From: Eledone cirrhosa
Lineage: Eukaryota
Direction: 5' to 3'
Length of the DNA stretch: 64,000 nt
Assembly (NCBI GenBank): GCA_964016885.1
Contig: OZ024741.1
Location: forward strand, 57,722,001 to 57,786,000
The notes beneath the pieces were generated by a model, which was not told the DNA's origin, searched no databases, and was given only the letters and a program-made list of their open reading frames with translations. The position numbers and the translations under genes were made by a program. The stretch's first letter is position 1; each line of letters starts with the position of its first letter. Of this stretch, positions 25,932 through 37,520 are shown piece after piece.

Positions 25932-26829
25932 ATGGCAATGCTGCATGGCAGTGAGACCTGGGCATTGTGTGCAGAGGATATACGCAGACTAGAGAGGAAC
26001 GAAGCTCGCATGCTCCGCTGGATGTGCAATAGTAATATACGTGAACGGCAAAGCATAAACGAACTAAGGAAAAAATTAGAAATAAGAGGGATCAGATGTT
26101 GTTTACTCGAGAGAAGGCTACGTTGGTACGGTCACGTGATGCGCATGAAAGACGACAGTGCAGGGCAATAAAGATAGACGGTAGCCACGGAGTAGGCAGA
26201 CCCAGAAAAACATGGGACGAGCTGATAAATTCCGACCTTACACGCTTACACCTCTCCAAGACAATGTCACTGGACCGAGACCTTTGGCGGTACTCAGTAA
26301 TAGAGAAGACCCGCCTTACCTAAATACAAAGTAAAAACCTACTACAGTCAGTAGGCATCTCTATCAACCCCCCCCCCCCCGTCCCACCACCTCCACCCCA
26401 TCCACACCGCCCCTTTCAATGTAAAGTTATGTTGGTCCCACAACATCCAGGCCGAAACAAATGAGATCGTGTAGGTGTCACGACAAAAAAATACACAGTC
26501 CACGCTGTAAATGTGGCCGTGTAGGCAACAGGGTAAAAACCTCCCAGCCCCACACTGTAAATGTGGTTGGTGTTAGGAAGGGCATCCAGCTGTAGAAAAC
26601 CCGCCAGACAGTCCACGCTGTAATGTGGCCGTGTAGGCAACACGGTAAAAACCTCCCAGCCCCACACTGTAAATGTGGTTGGTGTTAGGAAGGGCATCCA
26701 ACTGTAGAAAACCCGCCAGACAGTCCTATGCGAGCAAGACAACCACTCTTGCCTCAAGTGGGAAAACCCCGTCCAAACCCATGCAAGCGTGGAACACGGA
26801 CGCTAAACCTGATGATGATGATGATGATG
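25932..26829 (+). mobile_element. 5'-truncated RTE LINE (clustered family)
   Basis: AMLHGSETWALC..RRLRWYGHVMR, GRPRKTW; 3' UTR with an internal ~118-bp duplication; (GAT)n tail. Confidence 0.92.
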
Positions 26830-26937
26830 ACATCCATACATACACATACATATATACAACCACACACACATATATACACACATACATACACATAGAAAGA
26901 TAAATATAAATACATATTCATACACACATATACATAC

Positions 26938-26969
<32 letters not shown>

Positions 26970-27573
26970 ATATGTGTACAAGCATACACATACACAAACA
27001 TAGCCATACACACATACATATACATACATACATACATGCACACAATCATACATATATACACACGTACATACATACACATACATAAATGCACTCCTCTACA
27101 TATTCACACACGCAAATAAATATAAGAAAAAAAAAATATATATAATTGTATACGTGTGCGTGTTTGTGCATGTATTTGTGTATGTGTATGTATGTGTTTA
27201 TGTATTTGTATATGTATATTTATGTGTGAGAGTGTGTGTATGTATTTACTATTTCGTACGTATGTATACGTGCATTTGTGTGTATTACTTACCACGCGTG
27301 TCTGTCCAGTTACCCGCCGTTTGTATCGCTGTCAAAATTCTTTTTTATTTTTATATATATATATATATTTTTTCTTATATTTATTTGCGTGTGTGAATAT
27401 GTAGAGGAGTGCATTTATGTATGTGTATGTATGTACGTGTGTATATATGTATGATTGTGTGCATGTATGTATGTATATGTATGTGTGTATGGCTATGTTT
27501 GTGTATGTGTATGCTTGTACACATATATATATATGTATATATATATATATATGTATGTATGTATGTATATGTG

Positions 27574-28394
27574 TCTATTAGCCGCTAAAGGGTTCTCCCT
27601 AAAAATGAAAGGCAGGTTGTATGATGCCTGCATACGAACAGCAATGTTGCATGGCAGTGAGACCTGGGCATTGTGTGCAGAGGATATACGCAGACTAGAG
27701 AGGAACGAAGCTTGCATGCTCCACTGGATGTGTAATAGTAATATACGTGAACGGCAAAGCATAGACGAACTAAGGAAAAAATTAGAAATAAGAGGGATCA
27801 GATGTTGTTTACTCGAGAGAAGGCTACGTTGGTATGGACACGTGATGTGCATGAAAGTCGATAGCTGTATAACAAAGTGCAGGGCAATAAAAATAGACGG
27901 TAGCCACGGAATAGGCAGACCTAGACAAACCTGGGACGAGCTGATAAACTCCGACCTCACACACTTACACCTCTCCAAGACAATGTCACTGGACCGAGAC
28001 CTTTGGCGGTACGCAGTAATAGAGAAGACCCGCCTTACCTAAATACATAGTAAAACCTACTACAGTCAGTAGGCATCTCTAACAAAATACACCCCATCCA
28101 CACCGCCCCCTTCTATGTAAAGTTATGTTGGTGCCACACCATCCAGGCCGAAACAAATGAGATTGTATAGGTGTCACGACAAAAAAACACACAGTCCACG
28201 CTGTAATGTGGCCGTGTAGGCAACACGGTAAAAACCTCCCAGCCACACACTGTAAATGTGGTTGGTGTTAGGAAGGGCATCCAACTGTAGAAAACCTGCC
28301 AGACAGTCCTATGCGAGCAAGACAATCACTCTTGCCTCAAGTGGGAAAACCCCCGTCCAAACCCATGCAAGCGTGGAACACGGACTTTAAACGT

Positions 28395-28427
<33 letters not shown>
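27574..28427 (+). mobile_element. 5'-truncated RTE LINE (clustered family)
   Basis: Open frame LLAAKGFSLKMKGRLY..HGSETW..DLWRYAVIEKTRLT* to 28042, then 3' UTR and (GAT)n tail. Confidence 0.92.
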
Positions 28428-28429
<2 letters not shown>

Positions 28430-28633
28430 TGTGTATGAATATGTATTTATATTTATGTTTCTGTGTATGTATGTGTGTATATATGTGTGTGTGGTTGTAT
28501 ATATGTATGTGTATGTATGGATGTGTTGATATTTATGTGCGTATGTATATATGTGTATATGTATGTGTATGTGTGTATTTATATACACATATATGTGTGT
28601 ATATATGTGTGTGTGTGTATGTATGAGTGTATG

Positions 28634-28728
<95 letters not shown>

Positions 28729-29047
28729 GTGTGTGTATGTATGCTTTTGTGTGTGAGTGTGCGTGTTTTTGTGTGTGTGTTTGCATGTGTAGTTTTATTT
28801 TATTTTTCCTTTCCTTCTTCCTTCTCCAGCCTCACTTTCATATAGATTGCATTTTTGTTTTTAAAATCCAAATTCAATAAACAGACCAGGATTTTTTCAT
28901 TCTGAGGATTGAAAGCAACATCTTTTGCTTTTAAGAAACCACTGGTAAATGGAATAGTTGCCTTATGTTGTTTATTACATAACTATTAAGCTCTGTTACC
29001 TACATAGAGCACTCTTTTTTCCTGGACTTTTCCGACGGAATTACTTC

Positions 29048-29107
<60 letters not shown>

Positions 29108-29109
<2 letters not shown>

Positions 29110-29304
29110 CGAAGGAAGTGGGGTAGGAACCAGGTGGACTGTAATGCACCAGAGTACTCGACACTTAGGGTAGTAGAGTGGGTAATAGGAAAAGAGTCAG
29201 AACCCCGACGGCAGAGCTCAAGCTGTTTCGACAGCTATTTCAGTCCAGAAATAGCTGTCAAAATGGCTTGAGCTCTACCGTCAGGGTTCTGACTCTTTTC
29301 CTAT
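29108..29304 (+). mobile_element. ~195-bp hairpin-bearing interspersed element in (TA)n
   Basis: Unique ~75-bp leader followed by a ~57-bp-arm palindrome at 29185-29304. Other copies at 31089-31284 (-), 34653-34853 (-), 55960-56088 (+, one arm lost) and a degenerate one at 32920-33075. Confidence 0.8.
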
Positions 29305-29389
29305 ATATATATATATATATAAAAGACGTAAAATAAGAAAATATTTTAAAAAAAATTTAAAAAAATTTTTTTTACTTACTTAAATTTTC

Positions 29390-29471
29390 ACTCCAACTAA
29401 TTAGTTTCTGCAATGGGATAAAGACAGTTACGTAATCCAACTGTCGAGAATTCATTGCGTCATCAGGGAGT
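29390..29471 (-). ncRNA. Type I hammerhead ribozyme motif (copy 1)
   Basis: Minus strand: actcc-CTGATGA-c-gcaatg...cattgc-a-GAAA-ctaattag-TT-ggagt. Stem I actcc/ggagt, stem II gcaatg/cattgc with inner gacagtt/aactgtc, palindromic stem III actaattagt. Confidence 0.75.
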
Positions 29472-29943
29472 CTATTCTCAGCTGAGTCTCCAGGCAATGC
29501 GCGGACACTGGCGGCTCATATAAAAATAATAATAATTCGGTAGAAAGAACAGCTGGCGAGGACTGGATTCTATGTACTGAAATTCTCACTGCTTCTAGTC
29601 AAATGGCCGATTCTAAAGAATCAATCACGTGACACAGAGGCTAGTTAGAAGGAATGGGATGGTAAGATGACTGACGCCTACTAACACCCCAAAAAAATTT
29701 AGAAGTGGTTTTGGCAGGTTTGCTCGACAAATCAGTGATTTGGAGATAAATATAGATAATTTAATATATCAACTAACATAGGCGCACAGATGCACGTCCA
29801 TGCCAGCAAATACACAGGTTATGTCATAGTACCTAGGTGGTTCAATGCAGGAGGGTGCAGAACAATAATATAAAAGACGTAAAATAAGAAAATATTTTTT
29901 TTTAAATTTTTAAAAAATTTTTTACTTACTTACTTAAATTTTC

Positions 29944-30025
29944 ACTCCAACTAATTAGTTTCTGCAATGGGATAAAGACAGTTACGTAATCCAACTGTCG
30001 AGAATTCATTGCGTCATCAGGGAGT
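29944..30025 (-). ncRNA. Type I hammerhead ribozyme motif (copy 2)
   Basis: Same motif as 29390-29471, offset by 554 nt. Confidence 0.75.
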
Positions 30026-30581
30026 CTATTCTCAGCTGAGTCTCCAGGCAATGCGCGGACACTGGCGGCTCATATAAAAATAATAATAATTCGGTAGAAA
30101 GAACAGCTGGCGAGGACTGGATTCTATGTACTGAAATTCTCACTGCTTCTAGTCAAATGGCCGATTCTAAAGAATCAATCACGTGACACAGAGGCTAGTT
30201 AGAAGGAATGGGATGGTAAGATGACTGACGCCTACTAACACCCCAAAAAAATTTAGAAGTGGTTTTGGCAGGTTTGCTCGACAAATCAGTGATTTGGAGA
30301 TAAATATAGATAATTTAATATATCAACTAACATAGGCGCACAGATGCACGTCCATGCCAGCAAATACATAGAATCCAGTCCTCGCCAGCTGTTCTTTCTA
30401 CCGAATTATTATTATTTTTATATGATCTTAGTTTAACATCCTATATAATCCTATATAATCTTAGTTTAACATCCATCTTCCATGGTTATCATGGTTATCA
30501 TGGTTATCATGGGTTAGACGGGAGTTGTCCCACTTGAGGCAAGGTTGGTCGGGTGACTGTCTCACTCATATAGGACTATAG

Positions 30582-30617
<36 letters not shown>

Positions 30618-30703
30618 TCATCATCATCATCATCATCTTCGTTTAACATCCATCTTCCATGCGAGCAATGGTTATATATATACACGCACACTATCAGCAC
30701 ATT

Positions 30704-31042
30704 TAACCTTTTTTGACACTAAAACCACCTGAAATTTCATCTGATTCTATGATACAAAACTGCTTATTTTAAAGTGTTTGTATTTATCTAAAAACCTTTC
30801 ATCATAGTTTTAAGTAACAACATTTATGTTCCAAACAACAGCTTAATAATGAGAAAGTTGTATTACTAAATTCTTTCAAAATTACTTGAAAATCATAGGT
30901 AGTGTCTGTCATTAGAAATATGTTAATGAAAGGTTTTTAGAGATATATAAATAGAAATATGTTAATGAAAATTTTTTTGAGAAATATAAACATTTAAAGA
31001 ATTTTGTATCATAGAGCCAGGTGGTTGGTATCAGGAGTGTTA
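30704..31042. mobile_element. TTAA-flanked MITE-like element, rearranged
   Basis: Begins ttaaccttttttgacact and ends ggtatcaggagtgttaa. Related copies at ~16692-16925 and 62651-62912. Confidence 0.55.
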
Positions 31043-31714
31043 ATTATTTTTTAATTGTTTTAATTCAGTGTGTGTGTATATATATATATAGGAAGATGTA
31101 TGACCCCGACGGCAGAGCTCAAGGTGTTTCGACGGCTATTTCTGGACGCACCAGAAATAGCCGTCGAAATGGCTTGAGCTGTCATCAGGGTCATACATCT
31201 TCCTATTACCCACTCTACTACCCCAAGTATTGAGTACTCTGGTGTGTTATGGTCCACCTGGTTCCTTACCACAACTCCTTCGTTATATATATATATGTAT
31301 ACACACACACACACACACACACATAGATATACATAAAGGCGATGACACACAACTGTGATCTCTGGCGTCATGCAGTAATACAGAAGACCCGACTTCCCAC
31401 GGCTACAAGCCGAAGCTGAAGCATATAGACAATATGCCCCCTCCCCCACTGTAAAGTGGATGTGCAGGCACCACGGACAAAAGGCACCCAGCACTCACTG
31501 TAAATGAGGTTGGTGTTAGAAAGGGCATCCAGCTGTAGAAATCATGCCAGAATCAGTTCCTGTATGAGCAAGACAAGGTCAGCTTACCGGACACTGCCCA
31601 CAACAGGACAACCTGTCTAACCCATGCTAGCGTGGAAGAACGGACGTAAAATGGTGATGATGGCGAAACACGTGTAAGGGCTATATAAAGAAATGTTTTA
31701 ACGGCTTGTAACCG

Positions 31715-31750
<36 letters not shown>

Positions 31751-32366
31751 CAAATGAATGAGTGAATGAAAGAGTTACAAGCCGTTAAAACATTTCTTTA
31801 TATAGCTCTTACACGTATATATATATATATATATATATATACACGCTTGCATAATACCTGTCACGATGACAGAGTTTATATATAAACAAAAATTAAATTT
31901 AACAGTTCCTTGACAACATTCTATGTAAAGATGTTTGACTCTTTCATTTTCCTTCACCTTCTCCCTTTTATCACTCCAGTCATCACTGTATTCCATTTTA
32001 CATTCATTCACATTCATTTAGGGAATGTTTGGTAGTAATTTCCCTTCATATTTTTTTTAAATAATTATCAAACAAATTCACTAAATTGATTCAAATGAAT
32101 ATATAATTGTTTCTACTTTTGGCACAAGGCCACCAATTACCCAGTATATTACTAGTACTTTATTTTATCGACCCCGTAAGGATGAAAGGCAAAGTTAACT
32201 TCATATAATGAATTATAGTGATGGCTGGAGTGATAAAAGAGAGAAAGACAAGGAAAAACAAGGATTCAAGCATCTTTACATAGATTATTGCAATTAAGGA
32301 ATTATTAAATTAAATACTTTTTACTATAAGTCTCACTACTTTTGATGAGCATTATGTTAATATATG

Positions 32367-32549
32367 GATTGGCAGTATCGGTAGAGGGTCGGATGCCATG
32401 CTTTTGACGCATAGAGTTACGGCCCTTTCCATTCTGAGTTCAAATCCCGCCAAGGTTAACTTTGTCTTTCATCCTTACGGGGTCGATAAAATAAAGTACC
32501 AGTAATGCACTGGGTAATTGCTGGCCTTGTGCCAAAAAGTAGAAACAAT
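32367..32549 (+). mobile_element. tRNA-derived SINE family A
   Basis: Near-identical reverse complement of 1082-1260. Confidence 0.9.
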
Positions 32550-32621
32550 TATGTTAATATATATATATATATATACATATACACACACAGATATATATAT
32601 ATAGATATATATGGAGGCACA

Positions 32622-32903
32622 TCGGGTGATGTGTTGTTTCCTTGAGCAAGACACTTTATTTCACATTGCTCCAGTTTACTCAGCTGTATAAATGAGATGA
32701 TAGGGACTGGGGTCCCTATCATTCCACTACAAAGTGGTCGTGGAGGTGCCACGGCAAAAAAAGCACCCAGCACTCACTGTAAATGAGGTTGGTGTTAGGA
32801 AGGGCATCCAGCTGTAGAAATCAGTCCAGAATCAGTTCCCGTCCCACCCTTGCAAGCAGGGAAAAGTGGACGTAAAATGATGATGAAAAAAAATGATGAT
32901 GAT
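32622..32903 (+). mobile_element. SINE family B with most of the tRNA head deleted
   Basis: Matches 9965-10244; preceded by ggaggcacat, a remnant of the 5' end. Confidence 0.85.
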
Positions 32904-33643
32904 ATATATATATATATAATAGTAGAACACTGGAGCGTTAAATCCGTAGTAGTAGAAGAGTTCAGCCATCAGATCCTGACTCTTTATAATATAACCATAC
33001 TCTACTTCACCAAGTATTGAGTACTCTATTGAGTAATGGTCGAACCAGTTTCAAACTGAATCCATCCCGATTTCTATGTATGTGTATATATATATATTTA
33101 TATATATGGTGAAATGAACCGACCTGCCATTTTTCAAAGAAGTTTTTCATTTCTGCCCCCGCTCATTCTCTTCTATATTTCTATTTCTTCTTTAATTTCT
33201 CATTTTATGCCCTGATGAAAGACTAGCATCTGAAACGTTTAGATTATTCCTACTATATTAAGCATGAAACTAATATACAACTTCATTGAACCATATACTT
33301 TTCCCATATACTTTTCACACCCACATTCATATGTGTATATATATACATATAGAAAGGGGAGGTGAAGCCAACATGAGTTTCATGCTCTAGTTTCTCTACC
33401 TGCTAGAAATAGCAGGGAAATCTCTCTCATATCACATGCCCATTTGTCTTAGAAAAGAATACACTGAATAATGTAGTTGATCTCCTGCATGCAAGAAATA
33501 GATGGGATGGTCATGGAAAGAATGTCTTAGATTAATAGTTGTTTGATTAGGGAAGATCTTGAGCTAAACAAGAACAGAAAGACAAAGTGGCACAAAGACC
33601 TTTGAAATGACATTATATTGACTTGTGAACATTTCAAAACCCT

Positions 33644-33682
<39 letters not shown>

Positions 33683-34145
33683 CACCAGTATTAGCAGTAG
33701 AAATATCAGCAATATCTATATTAGTAGTAACAACAGTAGTTGTAGTAGCAGCAGTAGTAGCAGCAGTAGTAGCAACAACAGAAGCAGCAGAAGCAAGAGT
33801 ATTAACAACAGTAGCAACAGCAGCAGCAGAAGCAACAGTAGTAACAACAGCAGCAACAGTAGTAATAACAGCAGCAGCAGAAGCAACAGTTGTAACAACA
33901 GCAGCAACAGTAGTAATAACAGCAGCAGCAGAAGCAACAGTAGTAACAACAGCAGCAACAGTAGTAACAACAGTAGCAACAGCAGCAGCAGAAGCAACAG
34001 TAGTAACAACAGCAGCAACAGTAGTAATAACAGCAGCAGCAGAAGCAACAGTTGTAACAACAGCAGCAACAGTAGTAACAACAGTAGCAACAGCAGCAGC
34101 AGAAGCAACAGTATTAACAACAGTAGCAACAGTAGCCGTTGTTGT
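33644..34145. repeat. Cryptic AGT/AGC/AAC trinucleotide array with higher-order units
   Basis: Recurring acagcagcagcagaagcaacagtagtaacaacagcagcaacagtagta blocks. Confidence 0.9.
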
Positions 34146-35019
34146 TGATACAAAATATTTCCGAAGATTTGGATAAGCTGGCATGTTATATTATTTTTGT
34201 GTTCAAATTTTTTTCCTCATACTTTAATTTTTTCTCATTTTTTTTTATTGTTTCTTAAAACGTTTTCTCTGCTAAAATTTCCCGGAAGGTAAACGAATTA
34301 GCATTATCATTTTTTTTATTAATTTTTTTTCTCAACTTATGTCTTCAATAAAATCGATTTAAAAACAGTATTATTATTATAGCTATTCTGAAAGTTACAT
34401 TGCCCGGGGAAACTCAAGCATATAATGATTTCTCCAGGCTTCCTGGCTTATCAGTGATTGAATAAAAAAAGGAATAAATAAATAAATTGTGTAACGAACA
34501 TGTTTTAGTTTTAATTATTTTGTTTCTCCTGACTGTTATTAGTGACGTTGCAAAAACTAGAATATAGAGCAGTGTGTCTCAAAGTAGGGGATGTGTGGCA
34601 ATATTTTCATGGGGCATGGCACTTTAGATTGGGGCTTATATATATATATATATAGGAAAAGAGTTAGGACCTCGATGGCTGAGCTCCAGCTGTTTCGACA
34701 GCTAGATCTGAACCGTTCAGATCTAGCTGTTGAAACGGCCAGAGCTCAGCCGTCGGGGCCCTGACTCTTTTCCTATTACCCACTCTACTACCCTAAGTAT
34801 CGAGTACTTTGGTGCGTTGTGGTCCACCTGGTTCCTTACCACACTTTCTTTGTTTATATATAAATATATATATATATATATACACATACATAAAGAGAGA
34901 GAGAGATGTAAAATCCTGAGGCATGGCACCAAGCAGATTCTATATATATATATAAAGTGGTGTATTTAAAATGAAGCATTGTGAGATATGCAATAAAAGA
35001 CCGATAATATTCAAAAGGC

Positions 35020-35860
35020 CTGTACAACAAGGTAGAAAAAAGGAAAGGGCAAATGATGACAAATAAGACAGAACAAAGTAATATTTTACTAGTGTATTTC
35101 AACATAATATTTCAGGGCTATAACCCTCTTTTCAAATGTGGGGCTGAAACAGTTTAAAGCAAGACAAATGATTGATGTGTTTTTTCCTCCTTAACTGGTC
35201 TGCATGTCTGAAATATGTATGAGTTACTAGAGCAATCAGTCTGCCTCGTGCATTTCCAATCTATTATTTATTTTTGGTCTTTCCTAGCTGATTATAATGG
35301 CCTCTTTGATTCTTAAATTACCCATATTCCTTTCTGTCACCTCTATGGTGACATCAATGTGTTAGCTGTGGCATCTGTCAAGATGGTTATTAACAGAGGA
35401 AGCTCTCATTGTCATGTTCTCCTTGATCTATATGTGTAGCCCCCTTATGGTACTTCTGATGTACGAGGAGCTACATTTTTTGCATGTGATCTTATAGACC
35501 ACGTATGTTCTCATGCACACTTCTGCATTGTTGATAGCAAAATAGGAAGTGTGCACATATTGCTTTATCTAGGTTGGTGTCTGTGGAGAAGTCACCGCAA
35601 TGAGGGTCCTGTGTGCACCAGCTGCATATTCAGTCCCTTGCTATGGATGGCTTGTCTGATTCCACTTGTCTTCTCATTGAAATATGGCAGCTTTAGGTAG
35701 CATGTTATCTCTAGGGGCATGTGACCTCCTTGTTCTTTCAAGTGTTGCTACCTTAGCACTTTGGTGTTTGGTGAGAGAAATAGGGTAGCTGTTTTTGGTG
35801 AGAACTCTCTGGAATTCCACCATGCTGGTATGTCTCTCACTACTCTTGTTGCATTTGGCA
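35020..35860 (-). mobile_element. Degenerate Penelope-like element, GIY-YIG end
   Basis: Minus strand: CMRTYVVYKITCKKCSSSYIRST...NLRIKEAIII. A degenerate hammerhead-like ttgaaaag-agggttatagccct-gaaa lies at ~35105-35135. Confidence 0.75.
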
Positions 35861-35869
35861 ATCAAGAGG

Positions 35870-37520
35870 AGAGCACAGTGGTTGTGTGGCACGCCAACCT
35901 CTACAGGATGGAAGCACTATGAGAGCTCCATAACCCCCCTTCTACTGCCTTCTGCCCTCAGATCACGCCCTTCAATACCAGCAACAAGTATCCTCACTTA
36001 CACACTCCTACCCTCACTGCCACCAACCTCATTGTCCATACCCCCCCCCCCCCCCCCTTCCACCATCTACTTCCTCCCCCAAATTCATTAACTGGACCAC
36101 CCTGACAACCCCATCATCTCTGCCTGTAACTGACCCACTGAACACATCTCGGCCTACATTGCACCTCTAGTAGCCACCCTCCCCTACCACATATCTGACA
36201 CCAACCATGTCCTCCACCTCATCGACTCTTTCATCTTCACAACTGGCCCACCTTCTCCTTTTTACTCTTGACATTAAATCCCTCTACATAGTCATTCCCC
36301 ACATGTAAAGTCTCTGTGCCCTCCAACACTTCCTTGAGCTGTGCCCCTTCCCTCAACTCTCCACCTCCACCCTCATTTGCCTTGCTGAGCTGGTCATCAC
36401 CCTAAACTGTTTTTCCTTTTTGGATGAGTTTTACCAACAGGTATCTGGTGTGACAATGAGCACAAGAATGGGCTCCAACTAATCTAACCAATTCATTGGC
36501 TATGTTGAAGCCCAAATCTTTACCTAATACACTGGCTCCATCCCTGAGCTATACGACTGTTATACCAATGACTATATTGGTGCCACATCATTCACACAGG
36601 AGCAGCTCAACTCCTTTCTTTCTTTCCTCTGCTGTGCTCCTTCTACCCTGCCTTCGACTTCACTACCTCTATCGCCACCACTAGCATTCAATTCCTGGAC
36701 ATCTTCATCTCCATTGACCTTTCTCATCGTTCCATCATCATCTCTATCTTTTTCAAACCCACTGACTCCCACTCCTACCTCTACTTCATCTCGTCCCATG
36801 CCACTCATACCAAACACTCCATCTCCCACTCCCGATTCCTCCACCTTTTGATTTAAAAACACAGGCTCATTACATGCTAGATTGTTCATTCTGTGAGGTT
36901 ACATCTCACCTTGGATCAAGCCACATTCACCTGTGCCCGTGAAGTTGACTGCACCACTACCCTCACACCATGCCAGCGCTCCTCTCTCTCACCAACCAAC
37001 TCCTATTCCCCCTTATCTATCACCCCTCCAGATGTCAATCCGTCTCTTCTAATGCCTTCAGTCAGACCCCTCTACTTCTCCCACCCCTTCTTTAAGTGTG
37101 TTCTCAGCCTCCAGAATCTCCTCATCCACAGTTTCCTTCCTCCTCTGGCTGCCACTCCTGCTCTCAACCCTGCTTCCACAAATGCAACTTCATCACCAAC
37201 ACCACAACCCACACTGGGCCCAATGGCCAGGCCTTCTGAGTTAGGGGTGCCTTCAACTGCACCTCTTCCAGTCTTGTCTATGGGCTCTGCTGCACACTAC
37301 ACAAACTGTCTATAATGGACTAACTGTTCATCGACCAGTGGACAGGTTAGCTGAGCATCTCTGGGACATCAGGCTCAGCAACCAGTCTCCATTCGCCTGA
37401 TCTTTCCACTCTGCTGAACATTCCACCCACCACCTCACAGTTTTCTGCCTCACAGTTTGCCCTGGACCCCCTCAAAACCTTTAGTGGACACAGCCTAAAC
37501 CTCTCTTCCTTTAGCCTGTT
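35870..37520 (+). mobile_element. Degenerate Penelope-like element (Neptune-like RT plus GIY-YIG)
   Basis: IYFLPQIH..PIISACN*PTEHIS, TLDIKSLY, YQQVSGVTM, FLDI, KPTDSHSYL, FNCTSSSLVYGLCC. C-rich, with many lesions. Confidence 0.8.

Larger units (their letters stand above)
25506..28985. repeat. ~3.5-kb inverted duplication (palindrome) with an RTE insertion in each arm
   Basis: 25506-25931 plus 26830-27145 is the reverse complement of 27355-27573 plus 28428-28985, including unique sequence (25506-25710 vs 28780-28985). Confidence 0.9.
29321..30425 (-). mobile_element. Non-coding tandem ~551-bp repeat with hammerhead motifs (PLE pLTR- or retrozyme-like)
   Basis: Near-identical units start at 29321 and 29872; the second is truncated at ~30368. 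An inverted ~60-bp piece follows at 30365-30425. No ORF. Confidence 0.8.

Noticed and set aside
33564-34184. Mucin/antifreeze-like Thr-Ala-Val ORFs
   Set aside because: Open in several frames on both strands because of triplet repeats; the paralogous site at 21.8 kb has only a short tract; no splice support.
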